A stretch of DNA of 64,000 nucleotides from the human T2T-CHM13v2.0 reference genome, Homo sapiens. The stretch is from assembly GCF_009914755.1 (NCBI RefSeq), contig NC_060928.1; one strand, given 5' to 3'. The notes under the pieces were generated by a model that did not search any database, was not told the origin of the DNA, and saw only the letters and a list, made by a program, of their open reading frames with translations. Made by a program: the position numbers and the translations under genes. Shown piece by piece: positions 1-15,334 of this stretch (position 1 is its first letter; each line of letters opens with the position of its first letter).

Positions 1-1578
1 TGAATTCACTTTTGATTTGGTGCATCCGGCTTAATATTTTGTTTGATCTGCATGGCTGGGTTAAAAATTCTGTGAGCACTCTGATTTTGGTTTCATTTTG
101 GTTAGGTTATGTGTGTCTGTAAATGATTTGGCTCTTTTTCCCTTACTTGTTTCTGAACATCTTCCAAGAGCAAAAATAAACATTCTAAATAGTAGGCATG
201 ATATGGCCAATTAAAAGCCACTGGGATGGTCACCATGATCTAAACCACCAGTGTAAACTTCCTGACAGGATTTATAGAATTTTCTTTGCTCTGGAGAAAT
301 TAGTCAGAAACAGAATGGGATTCTCAAACATTCAGGCATGTCAAGCTTTCTGGGACTCCAGCTGGCTACATGGCTTTTCCTCGTGCATGTTTTTAAATTA
401 ATGGCCATCATGAATATCATTTGAAGTCCCCAACCTTGTTTTTTTCTTAGAATTCAATTAGAAACTGCAATCAACTATAGAGTTAACATGTAGAGTCTTT
501 TTAGTTATCTTTTTTTTTCTGGATACTCTAAATCTGTTAACTTTTTCATTTGTGTTAAGATAACACACTGTTGCTAATTTCAAAAGCTGCTTAGATCTTT
601 TTTTAGAGCATTTTAACCAGGATAAGGATAAAAATCTTAAAGGGCTTTCAAATTAATGGCTTTACAAATTACAACCGCTTCATGGCAGCCAACAACCTAG
701 ACACCTTTTGGAAATGTAAATTGAGGTTTCCCTAACTATTAATTGCTTAGGGTGATGAAACAGTTAATTGAAGGATTGATATTCTATACGGACATAAAGA
801 GATATGTGTTTATACAAATTAAGGTCTCAGATCAAATAGGTCAAAATCTTGAACTTAGCGCAATAATACAAGGTATCTCTGGCATAAAAATTGCTTTGTC
901 TGTCTGTTACACGGGGGCCAGAAACGCTGACCAAAAAAAAAAAACAAACAAAAAAAAACCTGCCAAAATGCTTCCCTGTCCGCATTGTCTAGTCAAGAAA
1001 ACCAGATCAGCAAACAAAAGAAAGATTTGTTACTAAAAAATTTAAGGCAACTTGGAGATTTTGACTTTCTTACAGAATTTAGCCAGTCCCAGCTAAAATG
1101 TAAACAATTGAAAATTTAACCCTAAACTCATTTAAAACTGGAAAAAAAGATGTGAGATTTATTTAAAACCAAGATGCTTTACCTAAAAATTTTGGTCCAC
1201 AGCTTTTCTTAGATTATCTATTAGGGAAAATAACACTTATCCACCTGAACAGGTCCCATTTTGTCAAAAATACAATTTGGGTCCAACTATTTTTTTATAA
1301 ACTTGTGAGTTTGTATTACTATGCTTTACTATCTAGTGACTGAAATTCTAAAATTAAAGCTATAAGATCTTTATTGTGTGCATGTATATGTGTTTATGTG
1401 TGTTGACATGTGTTGTATGCTGTGTCTAAATTGTAAAATCTGGTGTACTTGGCTAGAAATTCCTTAAGAAATCCTATTCGGATTAGCTCAGATAAATAAG
1501 CAATCATAAAATATATAGTAATTAATCCAAATGCCTTTTAGTTCATACAACTTAAGTAAATCTTTGATAAATAAGCTG

Positions 1579-1884
1579 TTGGTGTTTTATTGGTAGGGGG
1601 TGGTTTGTTTTGAGGTGGGGTCTTGCTTTGTTCCTAGGCTGGAGTGCAGTGGTGCTCATTGTAGCCTCAAACACCTGTGCTCAATCAATCCTCCCACCTC
1701 GGCCTCCCAAGTAGCTGGGACTACAGGTATGTACCCCCATGCCTGGCTAATTTTTGTATTTTTTGTAGAGGCAGAGTTTTACCATGTTGCTCAGGCTGGT
1801 CTGAAACTCCTGGCCTCAAGCGATTATCCCACCTCAGCCTCCCAAAATGCTGAAATTATAGGGATGAGCCACCACCCCTGGCCC
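1579..1884 (-). mobile_element. AluJ-type element
   Basis: Reverse Alu consensus. Approximate TSD AATAAGCTG/AATAAACTG. Confidence 0.9.
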
Positions 1885-1939
1885 AATAAACTGGCCTTGA
1901 ATTTGTTGATAAAATAAAAACAGAAATTTTTTCAAATTG

Positions 1940-3037
<1,098 letters not shown>

Positions 3038-3050
<13 letters not shown>

Positions 3051-3400
3051 ACAAGGAGGAAAGAAGAAGGAAGAAGAATACAGAAGGAGGAAGAGGAAAG
3101 AAGAAGGAAGAAGAATACAGAAGGAGGAGGAGGAGGAAGAGGAAGAAGAAGAAGAACAGGAAGAAGAAGAAGGAGGAGGAGGAGGAGGAGCGGGAGCAGG
3201 AGGGGGAGCGAGAGGGAAAGGGGGAGGGGAGAGAGGAAGAGAAAGAAGGAGAAGGAGAAGAAGAAAAGGAAGGAAGGAAGGAAACAAGGAAGGAAGGAAA
3301 GAAGGAAGGAAGGAGCAGGAATGAAGGAAAGGAGGGAGGGAACAAGGAAGGAAAGAAGGAAGAAAGGAGAAGAATGAGGAGGAAGGAAAAAGAAGAAGAA
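3038..3400 (+). repeat. GA-rich polypurine low-complexity tract (Alu tail expansion)
   Basis: About 360 nt of GAA/GGA/GGAA units with very few pyrimidines. Confidence 0.95.
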
Positions 3401-4529
3401 TTAAAATACAGATTTTAATAACTAAAGTTGATTAATTAATTTTTTTAGAATTCTAATGAAGAAACTGCTGAATTCATGAAACTACTCATCAAGATCAAGC
3501 AGAACAAAAATTACATGACATTAAGTAACTGCTGAAGATAATGTTTTTATGACTTTAATTTGAAAGATTTTTGACTCCTAAGTGTTTTGTTTTCCAAATT
3601 TAAGGTAACTTTTTTCTTAAGCTATCTATAGTTTAAAGCAATACGGTAAAGCATACTTTTGAGAACAAAGGTGGAAATATTTACTTTTTCTTCTTACTTG
3701 ATCCCTCCAAAATTTGGAAACTCTTCATGAGTATTCTTATGGCTGTATGGTTATTTGGATAAGTTCAGTAAAAATCTACTTTCTCTTTATAACAGAATAC
3801 AATTGGAAGCATTGGCTATATTACCAAGGCATTGACTGGAATATCATATTTGAGAACGTGCATAGAATGCCTGGTTTCAAGGGTTTCCAGCCTTATAGTG
3901 AGTGAGTAAATATTGTCACTTCCTGGCAGGCCCCAAAAACCTTAAGATGGTAGGTAAAACCTAAAATCTACCTTGGTTTGACTTCCTAGCCTCAAAAGGT
4001 TTTAAATCTGAGATTTTCATGTGATCAATATAGAGATAAAAACTTATGTTTCTAAAGAAAAGCTATAATATATGTGTTATTAGACTGTAGCCTTGTGCAT
4101 TGTTTTTGAGTCCTTGCTATCTACCTACAGACTAGACTATATCCTGAATTCTTCTAGAGTCCTCCAATTCAACTTTCTCCCATGGAATTACTAAAAATGA
4201 GACCTCTTTTGTTCTGAAGCCCTGAAAACTAAAACTAGATGAATTTTAAGGGATAAGTTTCATGACTGATGGATGTGTCACACAGAAAGTTAAACAAACC
4301 ACCTGATGCCATAGCCAGGGACATTGAAACTGCAAACCAGGATAAGAAGTTAATGTCTTCATTCCTCAGACAGCTTTTCCCAAGACCTCAGAACAACCCT
4401 CCATATCATAATGAGACTCTTACCTCTCTTAATGCCCACCTTTTTCACTTGGCAAGATAATGGTGACATTAAAAGTTAACAATCAGAACCTTCTGCTGGT
4501 AACTTGACAGAACCTATCCTAGAACATCC

Positions 4530-4818
4530 TTTTTTTCTTTTCTTTTCTTTTTTTTTAGAGATGGGTCCTAATCTGTGATGCAATCATAGCTCCCTTCAGC
4601 CTCAAATTCCTGTGCTTAAGCAGTCCTCCCATCTCAGCCTCCCAAGTAGCTAGAACTACAGGCACATACCACTATGCTCAATTTATTTTTTTACTTTTTG
4701 TAGAGACAGGATCTCACTATATTGCCCAGGCTGGTCTTGAACTCCTGACCTCAAGTGATCCTCCTGCCTTGGGATCCCAAAGAGTTAGGAATATAGGCAT
4801 GAACCACCACACCCAAGC
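4530..4818 (-). mobile_element. AluJ-type element (small internal deletion)
   Basis: Poly-T followed by reverse Alu. Degenerate TSD ...ATCCTTT on both sides. Confidence 0.88.
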
Positions 4819-4915
4819 AAGGAGATCCTTTAGTCCACCTAGTAGGTGACTTTGGCATCATCCCCAGTACAATGATTGATCACTCTCTGCTTTCATTAAA
4901 TCCAGTCATAAGATA

Positions 4916-5023
4916 TTAGATGACAAAATTGCTCAATATTAACTATTGGCTAATAAGGAGATGTCTGTAGCTATTGCTAATACTACATGCTGTACCTGGG
5001 TATATTCCTCTGGGAAAGTTGAG
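4916..5023 (+). pseudogene. Retroviral env transmembrane-subunit relic (immunosuppressive domain and degenerate CX6CC region)
   Basis: Translates LDDKIAQY*LLANKEMSVAIANTTCCTWVYSSGKVE, matching the gamma-type TM pattern LxNRxALDxLLAxxGGxCxxxxxxCC. Contains an in-frame stop and lies just upstream of the PPT/LTR. Confidence 0.75.
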
Positions 5024-5562
5024 ATCCATAAACACAAAAGGAGAAAACAGGCCACATGGTTACAAGTCTTACTTAATTTCCCACAGTAGGATTTCCCACA
5101 ATCCTACTACTTGATTTATTCAAGTAGTAGCCTTTAAGCCTAGTCCATGACTCAAAACTTTTATACAAACTAAGCTTATTAATTTACTTTGCATTTTCCC
5201 TTTTTAAAACCTTATACCTATTGCTTGTTAAGTTTTTGGAGAAGTATGACTCCTGATAGAATAATACTGGCCACGCACTTTGAGATGATAACAAAGACCT
5301 ATGGAACTGACAAAATTAACTTAACAATGGATTCCAGGTAGCCTTAGCCTGAAAGCCACTCCCTCCTAAGCTCCCTTGTTGCTCAAATGTGGCTAAAAAT
5401 GTTCTGATACTGACTCCTACTTGCCAACCACTTCCCTCAAACATGGGAAGACCAGACCAAACCAGGACTGGTCTATCCCAGGACTGAAGGACAATCAAAC
5501 CCTAACTACAGGATGATTCATCAGTGACGCTTTGGAGAAAGATCCTGATCCAAAGGGGGAAA

Positions 5563-6006
5563 TGTGAAAGTTGTCAGAATCAAAATGGAGTCACTAGTGT
5601 TAAAAACTAAAAAAATAGACTTGGGGAAAGCCATGAAGACAGAATTCTCACGCACTAAGCCCTCATAACAAGAACTATCACAAAAGGCTCTGAAAAAAAC
5701 CCACAAATTTGCAGAAAGGTTATCACAACCCTACACACAAAAAATACTTTTGTAAGAACATCTGCCCAGCAACTGCCCTTCCAACCTCAGATTGGCACCA
5801 CCCTTTGTATTGATCCTTGTAGCCAAAACTAATTATCACAAAACAATTATACAATTGTCATTTTTCCTTTAAAAATCTTTGTCTTCCTTTACCTCTCTGA
5901 ATATATACATAGTTTACTATGGTATGTATATTTCCATTGCAAAGCCCCATTCCTAAATAAATGTTTTCTTTTAGAGAGTCCCCTCTATTGGTTTTTTAAG
6001 TAGACA
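5563..6006 (+). mobile_element. 3' LTR of the ERV (MER65-like)
   Basis: TG...CA termini (TGTGAAAGTTGTCAGAATCAAAATGGAGTCAC...TAGACA), preceded by PPT, AATAAA near 5956. Confidence 0.85.
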
Positions 6007-8714
6007 ATAGTGTACTTAAAACACTCTCATACATAATACACCTCTACTCAAGTTTACAAGAAGTAACAATCAATTTTCTATGTGTACATTTACATGTATA
6101 TTACAGCTTAAATAATATTCAGAAGCATCCACAAACCTACAACTATGATTACTGCTAGGAGGAAGTAAGAGATTATGGCTGTGGTGCTAGTCAAAGAAAA
6201 GTTTCATCATTTCTGTGAAGTTTCAATCTGGGGAAAGAAGCATTGTTCATGTATTATTTGTGTAATTCATACTAAGTGTAAAATAATCAATGTGTGTGGG
6301 GTTTACTTCTATTTTTGAAAGTGATTATTATTTCAATAGTTTTGGGGGAACAGGTAGTGCTTGGTTACTTGGATAAGTTCTTTAGGTGTGATTTCTGAGA
6401 TTTTGGTGCACCCATCACCTGAGCAGTGTACACTGTGCCCAATGTGTAGTCTTTTATTCCTCACCCCCACCTCACACACTTTTCCTAGGGCCCCCAGAGT
6501 TCATTATATCATACTTATGCCATTGCATCCTCATAGCTTATTTCTCACTTATAAGTGAGAACATTCGTTGTTTGGGTTTCCATTCTTGAGTTACTTCACT
6601 TATAATAATGGTCTCCAATTCCAACCATGTTGCTGCAAATAGCATTATTTCATTCCTTTGTAAAATAGCTGAGTAGTATTCCACAGTTTCTGTATCCACT
6701 CTTTGGTTGATAGGCATTTAGGCTGCTTCCATAATTTTGCATTGTGAATTGTGCTGTTATAAACATGCGTGTGCAAGTGACTTTTTCATATAGTGACTTG
6801 TTTTCCTCTGGTTAGATACCCAGTAGTGAGATTGCTGGATCAAATTGTAGTTCTACTTTTAGTTCCTTAAGTAATCTCCACACTGTTTTTTATAGTGGTT
6901 GTACTAGTTTACATTCCCACCATCAGTGTAAAACTGTTCCCTTTTCACCATATCCATGCCAATATCTATTATTTTTTGATTTTTTAATTATGGCCATTCT
7001 TGTGGGAATAAAGTGGTATCACACTGTGGTTTTGATTTGCATTTCCCTGATTATTAGTGATATTGAGCATTTTTTCATATGTTTGTTGGACATTTGAATA
7101 TCTTCTTTTGAGAATTGTCTATTCATGTTCTTTGCCCACTTTTTGATGGGATTATTTGTTTTTTTTCTTGCTGATTTGTTTGAGTTCCTTGTAGATTCTG
7201 GGTATTAGTCCTTTGTCGGATGCATAGTTTGCAAATATTTTCTCCTACTCTGCGGGTTGTCTGTTTACTCTGCTGAATATTTCTTTTGTTGTGCAGAAGC
7301 TTTTTAGTTTAATTAAGACACATCTATTTATCTTTGGGTTTTGTTTTTTGTTGTTGTTTTTTTTTTGTTTTGTTTTTGTTTTTGTTTTGCATTTGCTTTT
7401 GGGTTCTTGGTCATGAACTCTTTGCCTAAGCCAATGTCTAGAAGAATTTTTCCAATGTTGTCTTCTAGAATTTTTATGGTTTCAGGTCTTAGATTTAAGT
7501 TTTTGATCCATCTTAAGTTTATTTTTGTATAAGGTGAGAGATGAGGATCCAGTTTCATTCTTCTACATGTGGCTTGCCAATTATCCCAGCACTGTTTCTT
7601 GAATAATGTGTCCTCTGCCCATTTTATGTTTTTGTTTACTTTGCCAAAGATCAGTTGGCTGCAAGTATTTGGCTTTATTTCTGGGTTCTCTATTCTGTTC
7701 CATTGGTCTACATGCCTGTTTTTATAACAGTACCATGCTATTTTGGTGACTATAAACTTGTAGCATAGTTTGAAGTCGGGTAATGTGATGTCTCCAGATT
7801 TGTTCTTTTTATTTAGTCTTGCTTTGGATATGTGGGCTCTTTTTTGGTTCCATATGAATTTTAGGATTATTTTTTTCTGGTTCTTTAAAGAATGATGATG
7901 GTATTTGATGGCAATTGCATTGAATTTATACATTGCTTTTGGCAGTATGGTCATTTTCACAATATTGATTCTACCCGTCAGTGAGCATGGAATGTGTTTC
8001 CATTTGTTTGTGTCGTCTGTGAATTCTTTCAGCAGTGTTTTATGGTTTTCTTCGTAAAGATCTTTCACCTCTTTTGTTAGGTATATTCCTAAGGGTTTTT
8101 TTGTTGTTGTTGTTTGTTTGTTTTTTGTTTGTTTGTTTGTTTGCAGCTACTGTAAAAGGGGTTGCATTCTTGATTTTTCAGATTGGTCACTGTTGGTGTA
8201 TAGCAGTACTACTGATTTGTGTACATGATATTTTTATCCTGAAATTTTACTGAATTCATTTACCAGATCCAGGAGCTTTTTGGATGGGTCTTTAGGGTTT
8301 TCTAGCTATGCAATCATATCACTGGCAAACAGTGACAGTTTGACTTTCTCTTTACCAGTTAGGATGCTTTTATTTCTTTCTTTTGTCTGATTGCTCTGGC
8401 TAGGACTTCCAGTACTATGCTAAATAGAAGTGGTGAAAGTGAGCATCCATGTTTTGTTCCAGTTCTCAGGGGAAATACTGTCAACTTTTCCCCATTTGTT
8501 ATAAAGTTGTCTGTGAGTATGTCATAGATGGCTTTTATTACCTTAAGGTATGTCCCTTCTTTGCTGATTTTGCTGAGAGTTTTAATCATAAAGGGATGCT
8601 GGATTTTGTCAAATGCTTTTTCTGCATCTATTAAGATAATCATATTTTTGTTTTTACTTCTATTTATGTGGTGTATCATATTTATTGACTTGAATACCTG
8701 AATACCCGGTATGA

Positions 8715-9045
<331 letters not shown>

Positions 9046-9464
9046 TATTATCTTTTTGATATGCTGTTGGATTCGGTTAGCTAGTATTTTGTTGAGGATT
9101 TTTGCATCTCTGTCCATCAAGGATATTGGTCTATAGTTTTCTTATTTACTTAGGTCCTTTCTTAGTTTTAATATTAGGGTAATACTGGGTTCATAGAATG
9201 ATTTGGGGAGGATTGCCTCTATCTGTATCTATTTACGCTTTAAGGAAGTTCCATTTTGGTGTATTTTGAGGTTTTATTTCAAGATTTAGAACTTTATCTT
9301 TTGGAATAGTTTCAGTAGGATTGGTACCAGTTCTTCTTTGAATGTCTGACAGAATTCAGCTGTGAATCCATCTGGTCCTGAACATTTTTTTTGTTGGCTT
9401 TTTAAAATTACTGTTTCAATCTTGTTACTTGTTATTGCTCTGTTCAGAGTTCCTATTTCTTCCT

Positions 9465-9793
9465 GTTTTTTGTTTGTTTTTTGGTTTTGGGTTTTGTTTT
9501 GTTTTGTTTTTTGAACAGAGTCTTGCTCTGTCACCCAGACTGGAGTACAGTGGTGCAGTCTTGGCTCACTGCAACCTTCACCTCCCAGGTTAAAGCGATT
9601 TTCCTGCCTCAGCCAGCCGAACAGCTGGGATTACAGGCATGCTCCACTATACCCGGCTAACCTTTGTATTTTTAGGAGAGACAGGGTTTTGCCATGTTGG
9701 CCAGGCTTGCCTCGAAATCCTGGCCTCAAGTGATCTGCCCGCCTTGGCCTCTCAAAGTGCTGAGATTACAGGCATGAGCCACCACACCTGGCC
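9465..9793 (-). mobile_element. AluS inserted in L1 ORF2
   Basis: Reverse Alu with (TTTTG)n tail; approximate TSD TCTTCCTG/TCTTTCTG. Confidence 0.92.
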
Positions 9794-12700
9794 TCTTTCT
9801 GGCTTAATCTAGGAGGTTTGTATATTTCCGGGAATTTATCCATTTCCTCTAGGTTTTCCAATTTGTGCACATAAAGGTGTTCATAGTAGCCTTGAATGAT
9901 CTTTTGTAATTCTGTGGTATCGGTTGTAATATCTCCCATTTCATTTCTAATTCAATTTATTTGGATCTTCTCTCTTCTTTTCTTGGTTAATCTCACTAAC
10001 GGTCTATTGATTTTGTATATCTTTTCAAAAACCAGCTTTTTGTTTCATTTATCTTTTGTATTTTTTTGGTTTCAATTTCATTTAGTTCTGCTCTGATCTT
10101 TGTTTTTTTTTTTTTCTTCTGCTGGGCTTGGGTTTGGTTTGTTCTTGTTTCTCTAGTTCTTTGAGATGTGAGCTTAGATTGTCTATTTGTGCTCTTTTAG
10201 ACTTTTTAACGTAGGCATTTAATGTTATGAACTTTCCTCTTAGCATCACTTTTTCTGTATCTCAGAGGTTTTGATAGGCTGTGTCACTATTATTGTTCAG
10301 TTCAAATAATTTTTTAATTTACATCTTGATTTCATTGTTGACCCAAACATCATTCAGGAGCAGATTATTTCATTTCCATGTATTTGTATAGTTTTGAGGG
10401 TTCCTTTTGGAGTTAGTTTCCAATTTTATTCCACTGTGGTCTGAGAGTGTACTTGATATAATTTCGATTTTTTTAATTTACTGAGACTTGTTTTGCAGCC
10501 TATCATATGGCATCTCTTGGAGAATGTTCCATGTGCTGAAGAGAAGAATGTATATTCTGCAGCTGTTGGGTAGAATGTTCTATAAATATCTGTTAAGTCC
10601 ATTTATTCTAGGGTATAGTTTAAGTCCACTGTTTCTTTGTTGACTTTCTGTCTTGATTATTTGTCTAGTGCTTTCAGTGGAGTATCGAAGTCCTCCACTA
10701 TTATTGTGTTGGCATCTATCTTATTTCTTACGTCTAGTAGTAATTGTTTTATAAACTTGAAAGCCCCAATGTTATGTGCATATATATTAAGGAATGTGAT
10801 ATTTTCCTGTTGGACTAATCCTTTTATCATTATATAATGTCCCTCTGCGTCTTTTTAAACTGTTGTTGTTTTTAACAGACTTTAAGTCTGTTTTGTCTAA
10901 TAATAGCTACTCCTGATGACTTGTGGTTTCCATTTGCACGGAATATATTTTTCCACCCCTTTACCTTAAGTTTATGTGAGTCCTTATGTATTAGGTGAGT
11001 CTCTTGAAGACAGCAGATATTTGGTTGGTGAATTCTTATCCATTCTGCCATTCAGCATCTTTTAAGTGGAGCATTTAGGCCATCGTTAGTATTGAAATGT
11101 GAGGTAATGTTCTATTCATCATGCTAGTTGTTGCCTGAATACCTCATTTTGTGTGTGTGTGTGTTATTGTTTTGTACGTCTTGTGAGATTTATGCTTTAA
11201 AGAAGTTCCATTTTGGGGTATTTTGAGGTTTTATTTCAAGATTTAGTACTCCCTTTAGCATTTCTTGTAGTACTGGCTTGATAGAGGCAAATTCTCTCAG
11301 GATTTGTTTGACTGAAAAAGACTGTATCTTTCCTTCATTTATGAAGCTTAGTTTAGCTGGATACAAAATTCCTGGCTAATAATTATTTTGTTTAAGGAGG
11401 CTAAAGATAGGACCCCAATCTCTTCTAGTTTGCAGGGTTTCTGATGAGAAATCTGCTGTTAATCTGACAGGTTTTCCTTTATAAGTTACCTGATGCTTTT
11501 GCCTCACAGCTCTTAAGATTCTTTTCTTTATTCTGACTTTAGGTAACCTGATGACTATGTGCCTAGGTTATAATCTTTCTGCAATGAATTTCCTGGGTGT
11601 TCTTTAAGCTTCTTATATTTGGATGTCTAGATCTCTAGCAAAACCAGGGAAGTTTTCCTCGATTATTCCCTCAAATAAGCTTTCCAAACTTTTAGATTTA
11701 TCTTCTTCCGTGGAACACCAATTATTCTTATGTTTGGTTGTTTAACATAATCCCAAATTTTTTGGAGGCTTTGTTCAATTTTTTTGCTTTTTCTTTGTCA
11801 TTGTTGAATTGAATTAACTTGAAAGCCTTGTCTTCAAGTTCTGAAGTTCTTTCTTCTACTTGTTTGATTCTATTGTTGAAATTTTCCAGTGTATTTTGCA
11901 TTTCTCTAAGGGTGTCTTTCATTTCCGTAAGTTGTGATTGTCTGTTCTTTATGATATCTGTTTCACTGGAGGCTTTTTCATCCATATCCTGTATTTTTTT
12001 TTAATTTCTTTAAGTTGGTTTTCATCTCTCTCTAGTGCCTCCTTGAGTAGCTTAATAATCAATCTTCTGAACTTTTTATCTGGCAATTCAGAGATTTCTT
12101 CTTGGTTTGAAGCCATAGCTGGAGAGCTAATGCGATCTTTTGGGGGTGTGATAGAATCTCGTTTTGTCATATGAACAGTTACTTTTTGGCTCCTTCTTAT
12201 TTGGATAGACTTTTTCAGTGGAAGATTCTGGAACTCAAGGGCTGCTGTTCAGATTCTTTCATCCCACATGGTGATCCCTTGATGTGGTGCTCTCCCCCTT
12301 CCCCTAGGGATGGGGTTTCCTGACAGCCAGACTGCAGTGATTGTTATTGCCCTTCGGGGTCTAGTCACCCAATGGGGCTACTGGATTCCTGGCTCATGCT
12401 GGAAAATGTCTGCAAAGAGTCATGTGATGTGATCCATCTTCAGCTCTCCCAGCCATACATACCAGCACCCGGTCTGGTGGAGGTGGCAAGGGAATGAAGT
12501 GGACTCTGTGAAAGTCCTTTGTTGTAATTTTGTTTAGTGTACTTGTTTTCTCAAATGCTGGTTATGCTAGCAGTGAAGCTTTCATGTGGACAGGCTCAGG
12601 ACCTCTGGTTAGCCAGGTTGTTGCAGGCAGTGGAATTAGCTGTTGTTTTCTCCTTCTTTGGAGCAGGGTTGTTCTGACTTGCTGTAATGTATTGAGTTGG

Positions 12701-15334
12701 TTGGCCTCCAGCCAGGAGATGGTGCTTTCAAGACAGCATCTAGTAGAAGGGGGATATAATCTTACCCTATGTTGGCCAGAATGAGTACTTGGGTTTCTCA
12801 GGCAATGGGTAGGGCCATAGAGCATAGAGCTCCCAAGAGTTTTTGTCTTTTGTCTTCAGCTACCAGGGCAGGTAGAGAAAAGCCATCAGGTCAGGGCAGG
12901 GTTAGGTGGGTCTGAGCTCAGATTCTTTCTGGGTGAGGCTTGTTGTGGCCACTGTCGGGGATGGGGGTGGTTCTCAGGCCAATGGGGTTATGTTCCCAGG
13001 GGGATTATGGCTGCCTCTGCTGCATCATACAGGCCACCAGGGAGGTAGGGGAAAGCTAGCAGTGACAGACATCACCCAGCTCCTATGCAGCCACTAAGGC
13101 CAGTCTCACTCCCACTATGCCCCCCAACCACACTGAGTTTATATATAGGCAGCTGGTGGGCAGGGCTGAGATCTTGCCCCAGGCTACAATCCTCCCCACT
13201 GAGAAAGCACACAGGGCTCTCAGGCTTTGCTGCTTCCTGCCTGCCCACGCCATCAGCTGTGGCTTGTATACTTGTATCGGCACTTCCCATTCACCATCCC
13301 CCTACCACCACCAATTGTGGTCAGGAAAATTTGTGCTCAGTTGAAATTATTACAAAGTTCAGCTGGGAGCTTCCTTCACCCTGTGGTCCCTCCCCAGTTC
13401 TGCTGGCTGCCTTCCCTTCCCCAAGGACCTCTGTGAGATTAGGCCAGGAATGGCTTCCCTGGGTTGAGCTGGGGACTGGGAGTGCCTACAGGGCTCTTCA
13501 CACTGCTTCTTCTACTTTTATATTTCACCTGGGTCCCTAAATCCATTTCAGCTCTAGGTAAGGTTAACTCCTTTTCCCATGATCTAGATTTTCAGGTTCC
13601 CCAGTGGGGTGTGTGTTCAGAGTCTGACTTATCCCTCTATCACACTTTGGAAACTCAGTTTTTTGGCTGTCTTGTGGCATTTTTCTCATTATGTGTTTTG
13701 ATGGCAATTAAAGAGTCACTCCTTGAAAGTAGGTGTCAAGAATGATGGGTTTGTACTTCCCAGAAAGCCCAGACATGTAAAACATAATACTGTTTGCCTA
13801 TTAGGCTCTAGTATAAGCTTGTTAAATGAATGATGAAACGAGGTTGGAGCTAGAATATGAACTACCTTAATTTTCATGTTCAAGAGTTGGTAGTTTATTT
13901 GGCAGGGCAGATAAATTAAATGAGATGATACGTTTAACACAGTTCCTATTGATACATTTTAGCTTTTATGATTAATAGTGCATTTCAATTCTATCCCGCT
14001 TCATAACCAGAAGATGGAGCTCCAAACATTTAAACTTAAAAAAAAAAATTCTCCTGTTTTGTTGTATTCTTGGTAGAGGCTGTGCTCTTATTTCGTTGGT
14101 TCTGGTTCTTTTTGTTCCCCACCTAAATCCTTCCATTCTAATTTTGTTCTCAGGTTATCAAAATCCATTTGCTGACTACAGATAGGAGGAGTGATCTGTG
14201 TGAGAAGCTACACATAGATCCTCTTTTTCTACCTCTGGGGACTTATTTGATTCATGCACCTGTTCATACATATTTTTATCCAACTCTCCCCACTTTGTTC
14301 CTCCCTCTTCACATGGAAAAGCCATTGTGACTTACAGTTGTTACAGCAACTGTAAACAGGTGCTGACATTCTATGCATCCTCATGGGAGGAAAAATGCCA
14401 GCACTACCACACACAGAATTTGTTGCTATATGCAGGAAAAAGCATGTGACAGGGCTAGAAATACATTTTTTTGGACTGTTCTCCAGTTTGTGTCCTTTTG
14501 CAACATAAGTTCCTTAGACATCTAAAGACTCATGGGAAATAATTAATTTCTAATTTTTCATATCATTCATTCTACTACACTTATATTGATATTATTAATA
14601 CCTTTATTATTATTACCTTTATGTTTATTAATAGGTATATCTCTAGCTATTTATTCAATATTCACTCTTTCATTCACTTTTTTTCAATAAATATTTATTG
14701 AGCAGCACAGCAGCATTACAGGAGGGTTATGGATTTGTGGAACACACTGACCCCCATCCCCAATCCCTGCCATACACATATCCTCCTACTATAAGTCTTT
14801 AATAGAGCTATCCAAGAATACATCTGGCTACAAATACCTGGCTAAGAGTTCCAGGAGTGCTTTAAGCAGGAGCAACAGCACTGCCTATTCAAATTTATCT
14901 CTTGCCCTTTATTCCCCATACCAAAGGCAAAACCATCAGAGATTCTGGTAAGTTTCCACTGTGGTAAAGTTCTGCAAGAGTTAAGGGGAAATTTTCTTGC
15001 TTCATCACTTCTCTGTTATACTCGGATTTACATCACCATTGTGAAATTACACTAATATATACACCACTGTTCAAGGGAACATTTATATACATTTGGCTCT
15101 TCCGTTTCTTGATCCAAATTCAGCTTCAGGAGATACATGTCTTCACCCTGGATCAACCACCTGGCATTCCAGCAAAATCTACCCCTACTTTCCAGAGTCC
15201 TTTAAAGGCAATCATATGTCTGTATTTACCAAATCTCTCAAAGGCTCTAAATCTATATCTCTAAATATCCGATGGTTATTTCATCTGGCAAATTCAAAAA
15301 TGTTTACATTGAACTCATTTTCTTTCTCTATCTA

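Noticed and set aside
6007-6010. ATAG after the MER65-like LTR, identical to the LTR12 TSD
   Set aside because: 4-bp coincidence between unrelated elements.
12530-13745. Cluster of ORFs in GC-richer sequence suggesting exons
   Set aside because: Lies in the L1PB 5' UTR.
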